Origin: Ranitomeya imitator
Taxonomy: Eukaryota
Reading direction: 5' to 3'
Assembly (NCBI RefSeq): GCF_032444005.1
Contig: NC_091283.1
Location: forward strand, 830,242,001 to 830,306,000
DNA: 64,000 nucleotides
Shown one piece after another: positions 34,691-46,448 of the stretch (position 1 is its first letter; each line of letters begins with the position of its first letter). The notes below the pieces were generated by a model. The model did no database searches. It saw only the letters and a program-made list of their open reading frames with translations, and had not been told where the DNA came from. The position numbers were made by a program, and so were the translations under genes.

Positions 34691-36335
34691 ACATCCATAG
34701 ACGTACATGCATGCATCCATAGACGTACGTGTAGGCGTGCATGCATCTACAGACATGCGTGCATCCATAGATGTACGTACGTGCATGCATCCATAGATGT
34801 ACGTGCATCCATAGACATACGTGCAGGCATGCATCCATAGACGTGCAGGCATGCATGCATCCATCCATAGACGTGCAGGCATGCATCCATAGACGTACGT
34901 GCATGCATGCGTCCATAGACGTACGTGCATGCATGCGTCCATAGACGTACGTGCATGCATGCATCCATAGACGTACGTGCATGCATGCATCCATAGACGT
35001 ACGTACGTGCAGGCATGCATCCATAGACGTACGTGCAGGCATGCATCCATAGACGTACGTGCAGGCATGCATCCATAGACGTACGTGCATGCATGCATCC
35101 ATAGACGTACGTGCATGCATGCATCCATAGACGTACGTGCATGCATCCATCCATAGACGTACGTGCATGCATCCATCCATAGACGTACGTGCATGCATCC
35201 ATCCATAGACGTGCATGCATGCATCCATAGACGTACGTGCATGCATGCATCCATAGACGTACGTGCATGCATGCATCCATCCATAGACGTGCAGGCATGC
35301 ATCCATAGACGTACGTGCAGGCATGCATCTATAGACGTACGTGCAGGCATGCATCTATAGACGTACGTGCAGGCATGCGTCCATAGACGTACGTGCAGGC
35401 ATGCGTCCATAGACGTACGTGCAGGCATGCGTCCATAGACGTACGTGCAGGCATGCATCCATAGACGCACGTACGTGCATGCGTCCATAGACGCACGTAC
35501 GTGCATGCGTCCATAGACGTACATGCATGCATCCATCCATAGACGTACGTGCAGGCATGCATCTATAGACGTACGTACGTGCAGGCATGCATCTATAGAC
35601 GTACGTGCAGGCATGCGTCCATAGACGTACGTGCAGGCATGCGTCCATAGACGTACGTGCAGGCATGCGTCCATAGACGTACGTGCAGGCATGCATCCAT
35701 AGACGCACGTACGTGCATGCGTCCATAGACGTACATGCATGCATCCATCCATAGACGTGCAGGCATGCATCCATAGACGTACGTGCAGGCATGCGTCCAT
35801 AGACGTACGTGCAGGCATGCGTCCATAGACGTACGTGCAGGCATGCGTCCATAGACGTACGTGCAGGCATGCGTCCATAGACGTACGTGCAGGCATGCGT
35901 CCATAGACGTACGTGCAGGCATGCGTCCATAGACGTACGTGCAGGCATGCATCTATAGACGTACGTGCAGGCATGCATCCATAGAAGTACGTGCAGGCAT
36001 GCGTCCATAGACGTACGTGCAGGCATGCGTCCATAGACGTACGTGCAGGCATGCATCCATAGACGCACGTACGTGCATGCGTCCATAGACGTACATGCAT
36101 GCATCCATCCATAGACGTACGTGCAGGCATGCATCTATAGACGTACGTGCAGGCATGCGTCTATAGACGTACGTGCAGGCATGCGTCCATAGACGTACGT
36201 GCAGGCATGCGTCCATAGACGTTCGTGCAGGCATGCGTCCATAGACGTACGTGCAGGCATGCATCCATAGACGCACGTACGTGCATGCGTCCATAGACGT
36301 ACGTGCATGCATCCATCCATAGACGTGCATGCATC
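34691..36335. repeat. About 1.64-kb satellite, 26-bp base unit ATCCATAGACGTACGTGCAGGCATGC with variants
   Basis: Direct reading; explains all the MHAC/MPAR periodic ORFs. Confidence 0.97.
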
Positions 36336-38547
36336 TGCAGAGTGGTGACTGCATATTCAATGGCTCCAGCTCTTCTGGGAAGGATTTATACAAGATTTTT
36401 GAGGTGTCTGAATTTTTGACCCTTCATCCAGAAGAGCTTTTGTGGGGTCAGATCCTGATGTTGGGGGTCCGGGCTCACAATCTCCGGTCTGGGTGTTGGA
36501 TGGGGCTGAGGTCCGGGCTCTGTGCGGCCGCTCATGTTCCCCCTCCATGTCTGTATGGAGCTTGTGCACTGGGCGCTGTCCTGGGGAACAGAAAAGGGCG
36601 AACCCCAAACTGTTCCCACAACCATGGAAGCTACAATTGTCCACAAAGTCTGGTGCTGAAGAACTGAGATTTCCCTTCACTGGAGCTGAGCGGCCAAGCT
36701 GCCCCCTGATAACCGCCCATAGCATTATCCTCCTCCACCATCAGCATATTGCATCGGATGTGTTAAACTATCGTGCTTTGTCAGTTTCTCCAATGAAAAC
36801 TAGACCTCGTCCTGCAAAAAAACAAAAGCAACCCCCTGTATAGCTATATCAAAGGAGAATAATAAAGGTTGTGAAAAGCTCTGGATCCCCAGATCCTCAT
36901 CTCTCTCCCCTGTGATCATCTGTCTGGGAGAGTGCAGAGACCCCCACACATATCAATCTTTATGTGAGTGGGTCTGGCAGAGATTAGTCTATTGTGTATG
37001 GAGGTTTTATCGGTCAATACCATTGTATCCAGCCCAGACAATTCTGTGTCTCTTCTCTCCGTCACTTTGCTACAATGTATCAGTCTGCACCTCACAGATA
37101 CAATTGTTGCAAGCCCCCAAAAGAAATGGAGAAGTTCTCTAAGTATATTAGGAAGTCAATGAACTTTTCTCATTACTTACAGAATTTTACTTCCGCAATG
37201 ATCCTCCTGAAGGATTTTGGTTCATCTTAGGAATTTTGACCAAGTAAAATTAGAATTTACTCAGGATGTCGGAGTCTCTGTAGGAACAACGCTCCCGAGA
37301 ATCCATTAATGAGCTCTAGAGATCGGTTTTGTTAACGAGCTTCATAATTGACGTAGCCAAGAAATCGGTCTCCGCGGGTCAGATCTGGAGAAGAAAATAA
37401 TCTAATTGTTTCCTCATTAAAACTTTGTATCGTGGAACCTGAAGAAAAGCTCGTACACGGCAGCTTCGGAGAATCGCGTCTGCAGTCTCTCCTTGATGGA
37501 TACGGAGACCTTTGAAGACGTTATTTTAGACTTAATAGAATGTATTTTTGTTATTGAGTTTTATTAAAAATGTACAACCATTCGGCTTTTACGGTCTCCG
37601 TTTTCCTTCACGTTACTGGCTGCAGAATGAGTAAACTTGTAAACCATTAGTGAGCTCTTTCTGACAAGCTCCGTCCTCACTGCTGATTTATGACCACCTC
37701 AAGGTGGAGCTGAACTTTGAAGACAATTTTCTTTTACTAATGCATTTTGGGCTAAAAATAATTTTTGCAAATGGGTTTCATTAAAAAAAAATTCCACTGT
37801 TTTAGTTTCTGTTTTCGCAGCAGAATGAGTTAACTGAGGATCTGTCGGCAAGCTTCCTGGGATAGGAAGTTTATCAATCTTTTATCTGTCTTTTCCTGAT
37901 CTCCTTTCTTCTTATTTATGATCAAAGTTGATCTGACCTTTGTTGCGGTCATTAATCATCACAGATAAGCTCAGTAAAAGACAAGTGAAAGAGTTACAAA
38001 CTTTTCCTTCCATACTAGATCACTGATAGATTCTTAGTTAACTCATTCTTCAGCCAGCAATGTGCAGGGAAACAAAGAGTCTAAAAGTACCAAATGTATG
38101 CAAAGTTTTAAAAGAAACCCTAATGCAAAAATTATTTTTAGACGAAAAATTAAAAAAAGAAATGAAAAATATCTATTGATGCATTTCTCAAAGTCACCTG
38201 ACCACTGCAGCCAATCACAGGCCATAGTGGTCCGATGGCTCCAAAACCGCTCTGGAAAAAGATGGAGACACAAACGCACAGAGATCTTCTGATTTCTAGT
38301 AAGTGTTATGTCTCGCCTGAAAGTGAGTAAATTAAATGTTTTTCTCTCACTCGAAATCTACACTCCTCAGTATGGCTGTACATTGTCCTCCTCCGAGACA
38401 GGAGAGCAGGAATCCCTACTGTGTGTGTGCTGTGTATGAGAGGCATCATGGCAGCCAGCCTCTACCCACTAACTCAGGGAAAACTGAAAACTAGAGTTGG
38501 AACTTACAGAGGGCAAAACTAGTGAAAGATGCAAAAATAAATCCTAG

Positions 38548-38815
38548 AATGTTAGAGTTGGAAGGGACCTCCAGGGTCATCGTGTCCGACCCCCTGCTCA
38601 ATGCAGGATTCACTAAACCATCTCAAACTGATGTCTGTCCAGCCTCTGAAGACTTCCATTGAAGGAGAACTCACCACCTCTCGCGTCCGCCTGTTCCACT
38701 CATTGATCACCCTCACTGTCAAAAAGTTTTTTCTAGTATCCAATCTGTATTTTGACCCTTTCAGTTTCATTCCATTGCTTCTCGTGTTTCCATGTGCAAC
38801 TGTGAATAATGATAC
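38548..38815 (-). mobile_element. CR1 3'-end fragment
   Basis: TRSNGMKL...RKNFLTVRVINEWN...VVSSPSMEVF. Confidence 0.82.
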
Positions 38816-39246
38816 ATGGTCCCTGTCAGCTTGTGTTCTTCCCACAGTGCCCCCCTAATGCCATCTGGCCAAACCGGCCGCCCACATGATTTATGATGCA
38901 TTAGATGAGACCACCTTATTCCATTGCTTCATGGTCCAATTCTGATTCTTAGAAACCTGACCTTCTGTCACTGAGTGACTCTTTGGTTCCCTAGTACTTG
39001 ACCCATTGTGTTTTCCTTGAGTCCTTGGAGCTTGTCTCCTTGAGCAGACTTTCATTTGACTTAAAGGACTTGTACACCTTCTCACAATTTTTCCTAAATT
39101 CAAAGCTAAGCAACTTTATAAATAGTCTTCATTAAACATTTTCCACCATTTTGCTGCTTCAGAGTGTCTGTTTTATCCAGCTGAGCACTTTACAAAACTT
39201 CCTCCTTCGCCTCATTGGGGGACACTGCCCGTGGTGTATGCTGCTG

Positions 39247-39621
39247 CAGTATACACCCTCCTGCTGGCTCTCGGCTCCTCCCCTGCAGTATACACCTGCT
39301 GGCTCTCGGCTCCTCCCCTGCAGTGTACACCCTCCTGCTGGCTCTCGGCTCCTCCCCTGCAGTATACACCCTCCTGCTGGCTCTCGGCTCCTCCCCTGCA
39401 GTATACACCCTCCTGCTGGCTCTCGGCTCCTCCCCTGCAGTATACACCCTCCTGCTGGCTCTCGGCTCCTCCCCTGCAGTATACTCCCTCCTGCTGGCTC
39501 TCAGCTCCTCCCCTGCAGTATACACCCTCCTGCTGGCTCTCCGCTCCTCCCCTGCAGTATACACCCTCCTGCTGGCTCTCAGCTCCTCCCCTGCAGTATA
39601 CACCCTCCTGCTGGCTCTCAG
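39247..39621. repeat. 39-bp minisatellite (10 copies) inside the left ITR of the second DIRS
   Basis: Unit CAGTATACACCCTCCTGCTGGCTCTCGGCTCCTCCCCTG starting at 39247, 39286, 39321, 39360, 39399, 39438, 39477, 39516, 39555 and 39594. Confidence 0.95.
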
Positions 39622-39982
39622 CTAACCAGTTCTTGCTTAGTGTCTGTAGGAGTCACTGTGTCTATGGCGCCCTACGGCAGCTCCGCCCACCTTTTCTGGC
39701 ACGAGAGCGCTCAGTTTTCTCGGCCACTACAACGCCCCTCACTTCTACCGCTGGTATCGCTCCCGCCGGCTGCAGAAAATTAGGCCCCGGTTTGGGCCTA
39801 TTCATGGAAGTCTCGAGGCTCTGCCCACATCGTGCATGTCGCTCCGGCCCCGAATTGGCGCTTCTCGCTCTCTGCGAGATTTTATCACATGTGCAACTCC
39901 CGGTGGCCATCTTGGTCCACCCGGCCGGCTCACACAGGGACGACGATTTTGCACTAAAGGGGCACAACGACTCTGCAACAAT

Positions 39983-40137
39983 AACCAGTATTCCCTGGTC
40001 TTAAAGGCACATGACCAGTATTCCCTGGTCTAAAAGGCACATGGCCAGTATTCCCTTGTCTAAAAGGCACATGACCAGTATTCCCTGGTCTAAAAGGCAC
40101 ATTACCAGTATTCCCTGGTCTTAAAAGCACATGACCA
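39983..40137. repeat. 30-bp tandem repeat (about 5 copies) within the second DIRS
   Basis: Unit ACCAGTATTCCCTGGTCTAAAAGGCACATG. Confidence 0.9.
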
Positions 40138-43100
40138 ATCCGAAGCCGGTCACCCTTAATGAGCTCTGGAGCCCTCCGCCGCTGATCCCAGTTTATCCCA
40201 GAGTACATAGTTCCCTCAGTGGACTTCGTCATTGACCGCAATCCATGGTTTCTTTGACCAAGAGATTGAATCCCTCCGTGATCCCTCTGTGGCTCGGGGT
40301 GCTCGCAAGACCGATATACATGGTCCCTTTTCTACATGGGAGCTGTCGGCTAGCAGGGGCCGCAAGTGTTCTAGAAATGTACAGCCATCTAGAAAACGGA
40401 AGTTTTCATTTCCTGATTTCTCTCCCCAATGATTTGCTGAGAACAAGACTCTGAATATGGATCGGATATTGCTTTGGACCTGGACTTGCCAGAGCTTCAG
40501 AAAAGGATGAACTCGCCTATTTATATAATCTCTGTGCACTGACGAGGACTCTGGTTCTGCTCTAGACTACGCAGTGTCCCTCATAAGGAGACTAAACTCC
40601 CTCATAGAGCATTTGCCATTCAGTCCGGATATGCCAGTCACTGGACAGAAGCCTCTACGTGGGATGCCATGCCTGGACTGATTTTTAAAGGCGACTGGTC
40701 CTTTAAAGGGCACCGATCTCCCCACACCATCAACAGACGGGCACACGGAGTGTCGTCTCCATGTTTCCTCTTCTACATCCAGGCCTAACGCCAGACAACC
40801 TGTCCTGTCCACCCGGGGACCTGAACTCTGTGGATGTACAGAGGCACCCTTTTTGGGGTCCGAGCACCCCCCTCTGCATTACCACTATTTAGCAGATGAT
40901 GCAAGAAGGCGGACGATCCCTCTCCACTTCCCTGTTAAGAGGATGGTGGATCGAGGGTTCTTAATTTTTAACTCCGTCAAAAGAGAGCGGCGATGGCAAG
41001 AGACGATGACCTGCTGGGTGCAGCCGCGCATTCTGCCACTTTGCAGATTAACCGTGTAGATTCTCCTGTGGCATACCTACCAGTATCCCTGCCCGATGTA
41101 TCATCAATTAAAAATACCACGGACTGTCAGATAGCAAATATGGTTTGTTCCGTCTTGCTGCTTCGGGTTCAGCGCTCTACCCTCCCTAGCCACCGCATGG
41201 ATTGCTAGAGCAATGGTCTTCTGGTCGGAGACCTTAACTACTTTGATTCACACCAGTAGCCTTTTCCCGAAGACAGTACAACTGGCCAATCAAATCTTTT
41301 GAGCTGGAGACTAACAAAGGATCGTATGTTTCCTACAGACCCAACCAGCAGTGGAAGAGTTATCCAGGACAGTCTAGATCTAAGGAATCTTGGTTCCAAA
41401 AAGGGGAACGAAAAGTAAGACCGATCCTGGACCTCAAACTTCTAACAACCTTTGGCAAGGTCCTCCTTCTTCGGATGGAGTTCCTCCGCTCAGCCTTTAC
41501 TTCAACAGAAAAAGGTGGAGTTTCTGGCATCCATCGACATTCGGGATGCTTACCCTCACATTCCTATTTTTCCCCTCTTCAAAAATTCCTTCGCTTTTCC
41601 ATTCGCGAACAGCATTTTCAAGTCACGACCTTGTCCTTTGGCCTTGCTACCGCACCCAGAGTGTTCGCTAGTGTCATGGGGGCTGTCATGTTCCTCTTGC
41701 ACCCTAGAGGCGTGGTCGTCCTGCCCTACCTGGTCGACTTTCTAGCCGCTCTTCCACGGCTACGCTGAGTCGTCTATATCACTTTCGATACCCTCTCACC
41801 TGGGCTGGCAGCTAAACTTAGACAAGTTCTCCTCATTTCCAGCCCAGCAGATATCCTTTTTGACTATGATCCTGCACACTTCTAGAAGGATGGTAATTCT
41901 CCCTCGAGACAAGGTCATGGCCCTTCAACAGAGAGCTCCGGCACGTGATCACTCATCCCCTCATTTCATTCGATTTGCTAGGAGGGTTCTGAGGAAAAAT
42001 GGTGACAACAATGGAAGCAGTTTCCTTCGCTCTGCTCGTTTTCAGCAAGTCAAACAGACTTTCAGACGGTAGTCTCTGAGCTCCTTCTTCATCCAGGGCC
42101 TTTGTCCCAATTCAATGGTTATTAGTAACTACCAATGCAAGTCTTCTTCTCCCGATCATTGCTCTGGAGATCAGATCGGTCTAGTCCTACAGCAGGTCCA
42201 CTGCCTTCTGGCATGTCACCCCATCCAAATTCAATTGGATAATGCCACGGCTGTGCCATAAGTCAATCATCTAGCAGGTACCCACGGTCAGGCGCCATGG
42301 CCGAGGTACCTCACATTCTCTGATGGGCCGAGATTTATCATTCGGTGATCTCGGCAGTACATATGCCAGGAGTAGAACTCTGGGCGGCAAATATATTCAG
42401 CCATCAGGGTTCCGCCTCAAGTGAGTAGGAACTTCACCCGGAAGTCTTCCATCAGATCTGCCTTCACTGGAGCTCTCCAGTTATAGATAGGATGGTATCC
42501 AGACTGAACGCCAATGTACTCGAGTTCATGATTCGGCCTCGAGATCCAAGAGCCATCGCACTGCATGCTCTGGTTCTTTGGTGGTACCAGTTTCCATAAC
42601 TTCCCTTCCACTACTTCCGAAAGCCTTTCGGAAGCAGAAAGGGCCCCAGTGATCCTCGGAGATCCGCACTGACCACATCAGTTATTTGTTTGCGGAGCTA
42701 GTATCTTTCCACCTTATTGCAACAAAACTGCAAGTAGGGACTTTCTCGCAGGAAGTTTTTACATGTAGTTCTTCCCTATCGCATACCGTTAGATCATTGG
42801 GACCTTAATGGTCCTACGAGTCTTACAGTAGACTCCTTTTCATCCGGACAGACTTTACTATCAGGGAAGGTCGCCCTTTTTTCTCTGCGATATCCTCATC
42901 CTGACGAGTCTTCGGAGCTAGCTGCTCTGTTCTTTCAGACTTTTTCCCCTTATTACCTTCAAGTCAAGGTTGTCCTCAGGCCATCCCCGTCCCTTGTTAC
43001 CAAGGTGATATTGCATTACCACTGTTATGAGGGCATCGTTCTTCCCTCATCTCTTTTGGCACCAGTTCACAAAATGGAATGAGTTCCCCATATTCTGGAC

Positions 43101-45490
43101 GAAGTGAGTGATGTGAGTAGATAAGTCTCGAGGACGGCGTCCTTCCGAAGGTTGGACACTTTATTTGGGCTTTCTGACGGTAAGAGGAAGGCTTCCTGAT
43201 GTTTACAGGAAGGGTTTAGCCGTTTCATTGGCCATGTTAGCCTGGTGGATTCGTTTCACCATCCAGGAGTCCTTCTGTGTTAAATATCAGCCTATCTCCC
43301 TGTCTATCGAGGGTTCTAGGCACCAGGCATTGGCAAAGCACACCTGCAAGCTTGTGGATTCGTCCAGTCTGCATGCATTCTTGAAGAACTGTAATTCCCA
43401 GACTTCCACAGATGTGAGTCTGGGCAGGCGGACTCTGCAGGTTGAGGTGGCGCACTTGTAAGTAGCGGTTACACAGGGCCTGATCTGATGTTGTCTCCAC
43501 AAAGGGACTGCTTTGGGACGTCCCACGGTCTGTGTCCCCCAATGAGGCGAAGGAGAAATAGGGATTTTTGTGTACTCACCGTAAAATCCTTTTCGCCGAG
43601 CCAATCATTGGGGGACACAGCTCCCACCACGTTATTATCTTATGCTTGTTTTATAATTTGACATGCTATACTCTCATATATAATATGACATGCTATACGC
43701 TCATATGTTGTTATTGATCTACTGCTTTTGCCCCGAACTGGTTAGCTGAGAGCCAGCAGGAGGGTGTATACTGCAGAGGAGGAGCTAACTTTCTTTGTAT
43801 CAGTTAGTGTCAGCCTCCCAGTGGCAGCAGCATACACCCACGGTCTGTGTCCCCCAATGAATGGCTCGGAGAAAAGGATTTTACGGTGAGTACACAAAAA
43901 TCCCTATTTTACATATCTACAGAGCTCCTGCTCAGTTCTGACGGCTCGCTGTGCTCTCCTCTCTCTTCTGTTAGTGATAGCAGGAGCGAATGGGTTGTAC
44001 ACATACCTTCTATGGATAGAGGGGAAAGTATCTACAGTCTCAGGGAAGGAAGAGACAACAGGCTATAGAAGATAAAGAAAGCAAATGAAGAGGAAATCAC
44101 TGCAGTCTGAAAGCAAATGAAGACAGCAGTACCCTCGATACCCAAAAGATCACATCCAGCCTGTATTACTGAGACGCTCCCTCAGAAGAAAAATTTGAAA
44201 CTTGGATCCGCCTACAAACTGCATAACTGGAAATCTAAAAATGAATGAAATGATAGGTAGCCAGTAACAAATGTAAAAATCATTTTCCATAGCTTTTAAG
44301 ACAATATTTACCCATCTTCTGCAGATCAAAATAACAAAAATACTTGCAGGATGTTTTAATGGCTTTTTTTGCTTTTGGAGAATTTTATTTGGTTAGCAAA
44401 GTTTCCAACTTCTCAGATCTCTAGCGATCACCAATTTTCAGGGAGAACCTCTCTGCTTGTGTTCCATTGCAGCACTACCACAGTTTTTAGGTTTAAGCCT
44501 CTCCTAGGTTTAAGCCTCTCCTAATGATCTACTAATTCAGGTTAAACTATAGATTGTATTAAGTGATGGAAATATTTCAAGATTTTTGTGCTATTGTAGT
44601 TGTACTAACCCTGTGTGAATATATACCTTGTCCAGCTATAAATGAGCATGGGTGGAATTCTCGTGACATCTTTATCATTTACAGTCCTTCTTACGTTGTC
44701 CATGCACATGAGAAGACTGTCAGCTTCTTCGGTTGACATCTATTTCCTCTCAACATTTAGCATGCAACTTTATTTAAATGGAAATCCTTCTTCCCCGCCA
44801 ACATCTTCCATTATGGCGCAGTAGGGCGACTCCGATATCTGATAAATTATCTTTTTATTTTACTAAAATTGACCAGCTGAGTGAAATCTTGGCAAATTTC
44901 CTACGATAATGTCAATGATGTGATATTATTGTGTGAAAAAAAATAAACAGATTGTTGACCTTATTTTCTCCTTCTAATTATATGTAATTACATGAGATTT
45001 CTTCATCGTTATCAGATTCCCAATGGTTGTGACTCCCAGGTGATTGGCAATACACAACCTCAAACCCCTAAAGTGAACGCTCACATTGTATAAATCCATG
45101 TTGGATGCCTTCTGTTCTCGATAAAATGATCTGCATATCTTCAGAAGTTACTGATTTCTTATTCCTGTGTTGCATTTCATGTAAGTCTCCCTTCTCCAGC
45201 TGGATATCTGCAAAGCTAGTACCTTCCAAGAGTCATGTCAAGTTCATCTTACCACACCAATCTAAACTGTACTTTATGCTGATGAGGAGCAAAAAGTCAG
45301 AAACAGCATTAACTACAGACAAGTGTCTCTGGTCTGGTGACATCCCTAGTCATGTTTCAAGATTCTCTATAGGGTAACTATAGGTGGCCGCTCTCCTCCT
45401 TCTGGAGGACAGCAAATTAGAATTTTTCCCATTGACCATTTCCTGTAAGACTTTTTGTCCCAGCTGGATCGCTAGTCTCATCAGAGGGAA

Positions 45491-46420
45491 ATGGAGTGGT
45501 CAAACCTCACCGTCACTGACTTCGTTCTCCTCGGCTTCCATGAGCTTCCAGACTTCCAGTTGGTTTTCTTTTTCATATTTCTGGTCACTTATGTCGCAAC
45601 GTTGGTTGGAAATTTATTAACAACTGGTCTATTTTGCATTGACCCTCATTTCCACAGTCCCATGTATATACTCCTGTGTAACATGTCAGTACTGGATATG
45701 TCCTTCACCTCAATGGTTCTACCCAAGTTATTGGACATCTTTCTAACTGGGAACAATGTCATCTCCTACCATGGTTGTATGGCTCAGGTTTTCTTTTTCG
45801 TGGTGCTCATAGTGTCGGAATACTTCATCCTGGCTGCCATGGCTTATGATCGTTACGTGGCCATCTGTCATCCCCTTCGTTACTCTTATTTCATGAGCCT
45901 GCAGGTCTGTTTCTGGATGACATGGACATCTTGGAGCATAGGAGTCCTTGAGGGCATTCTTTATGTGATTCTAATATCATCTTGTACATTTTGTAGGTCA
46001 AATAAAGTAGACCATCTTTTCTGTGACTTAAAGCCTCTAATGAAGCTTTCTTGTAGCAGCACACAGACAATAGAGACAATAATACTTGTACTTGGGTCCA
46101 TCATTGGCTTTATTCCCTCGGTCATGACCTTGGTGTCCTACATCTATATCATCTCTGCAATCTTGAAGATTAACTCTAAAGAAGGAAGACACAAAACCTT
46201 CTCCACCTGCTCCTCACACCTCACAGTCATCCTCTTGTTTTACGGAACGGTCCTCGGCATGTACATGAGGCCAAAGTCCAGTTATTCCATGGACCAAGAC
46301 AAGGTGTTTGCCATCTTGTATTCCGGAGTCATTCCAATGCTCAACCCTCTCATTTACAGCTTGAAAAATCAGGAGGTGAAGAAAGCTCTGTGCAGAATAA
46401 AGAAACAATTGTTTTTTTAA
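45491..46420 (+). CDS. Olfactory receptor, class II-type 7TM GPCR, intact, 309 aa (OR-A)
   Basis: Single-exon ORF with N-glycosylation site [44 protein letters not shown] and [12 protein letters not shown]. Confidence 0.96.
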   Translation: MEWSNLTVTDFVLLGFHELPDFQLVFFFIFLVTYVATLVGNLLTTGLFCIDPHFHSPMYILLCNMSVLDMSFTSMVLPKLLDIFLTGNNVISYHGCMAQVFFFVVLIVSEYFILAAMAYDRYVAICHPLRYSYFMSLQVCFWMTWTSWSIGVLEGILYVILISSCTFCRSNKVDHLFCDLKPLMKLSCSSTQTIETIILVLGSIIGFIPSVMTLVSYIYIISAILKINSKEGRHKTFSTCSSHLTVILLFYGTVLGMYMRPKSSYSMDQDKVFAILYSGVIPMLNPLIYSLKNQEVKKALCRIKKQLFF

Positions 46421-46448
46421 CTGAAGACTATATCAAACATAATATATA

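Larger units (their letters stand above)
39199..43906 (+). mobile_element. Second, older DIRS1-type element, heavily degenerate
   Basis: Left end TTCCTCCTTCGCCTCATTGGGGGACAC; ICR about 43521-43620; right ITR about 43736-43906 ending GAGTACACAAAAATCCCTA+TTT; RT remnants FLASIDIRDAYPHIPIF and SFGLATAPRVF at 41475-41768. Confidence 0.9.

Noticed and set aside
34550-36393. Long Cys/His/Met-rich ORFs (up to 526 aa)
   Set aside because: Translations of the 26-bp satellite; open only because the unit lacks stops in those frames.
39247-39621. CRISPR-like regular repeats (also the 30-, 62- and 87-bp arrays)
   Set aside because: Head-to-tail units with no unique spacers, no cas genes, and a vertebrate context.
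39151-40004. 13-aa periodic ORFs on both strands
   Set aside because: Translation of the 39-bp array in the DIRS ITR.
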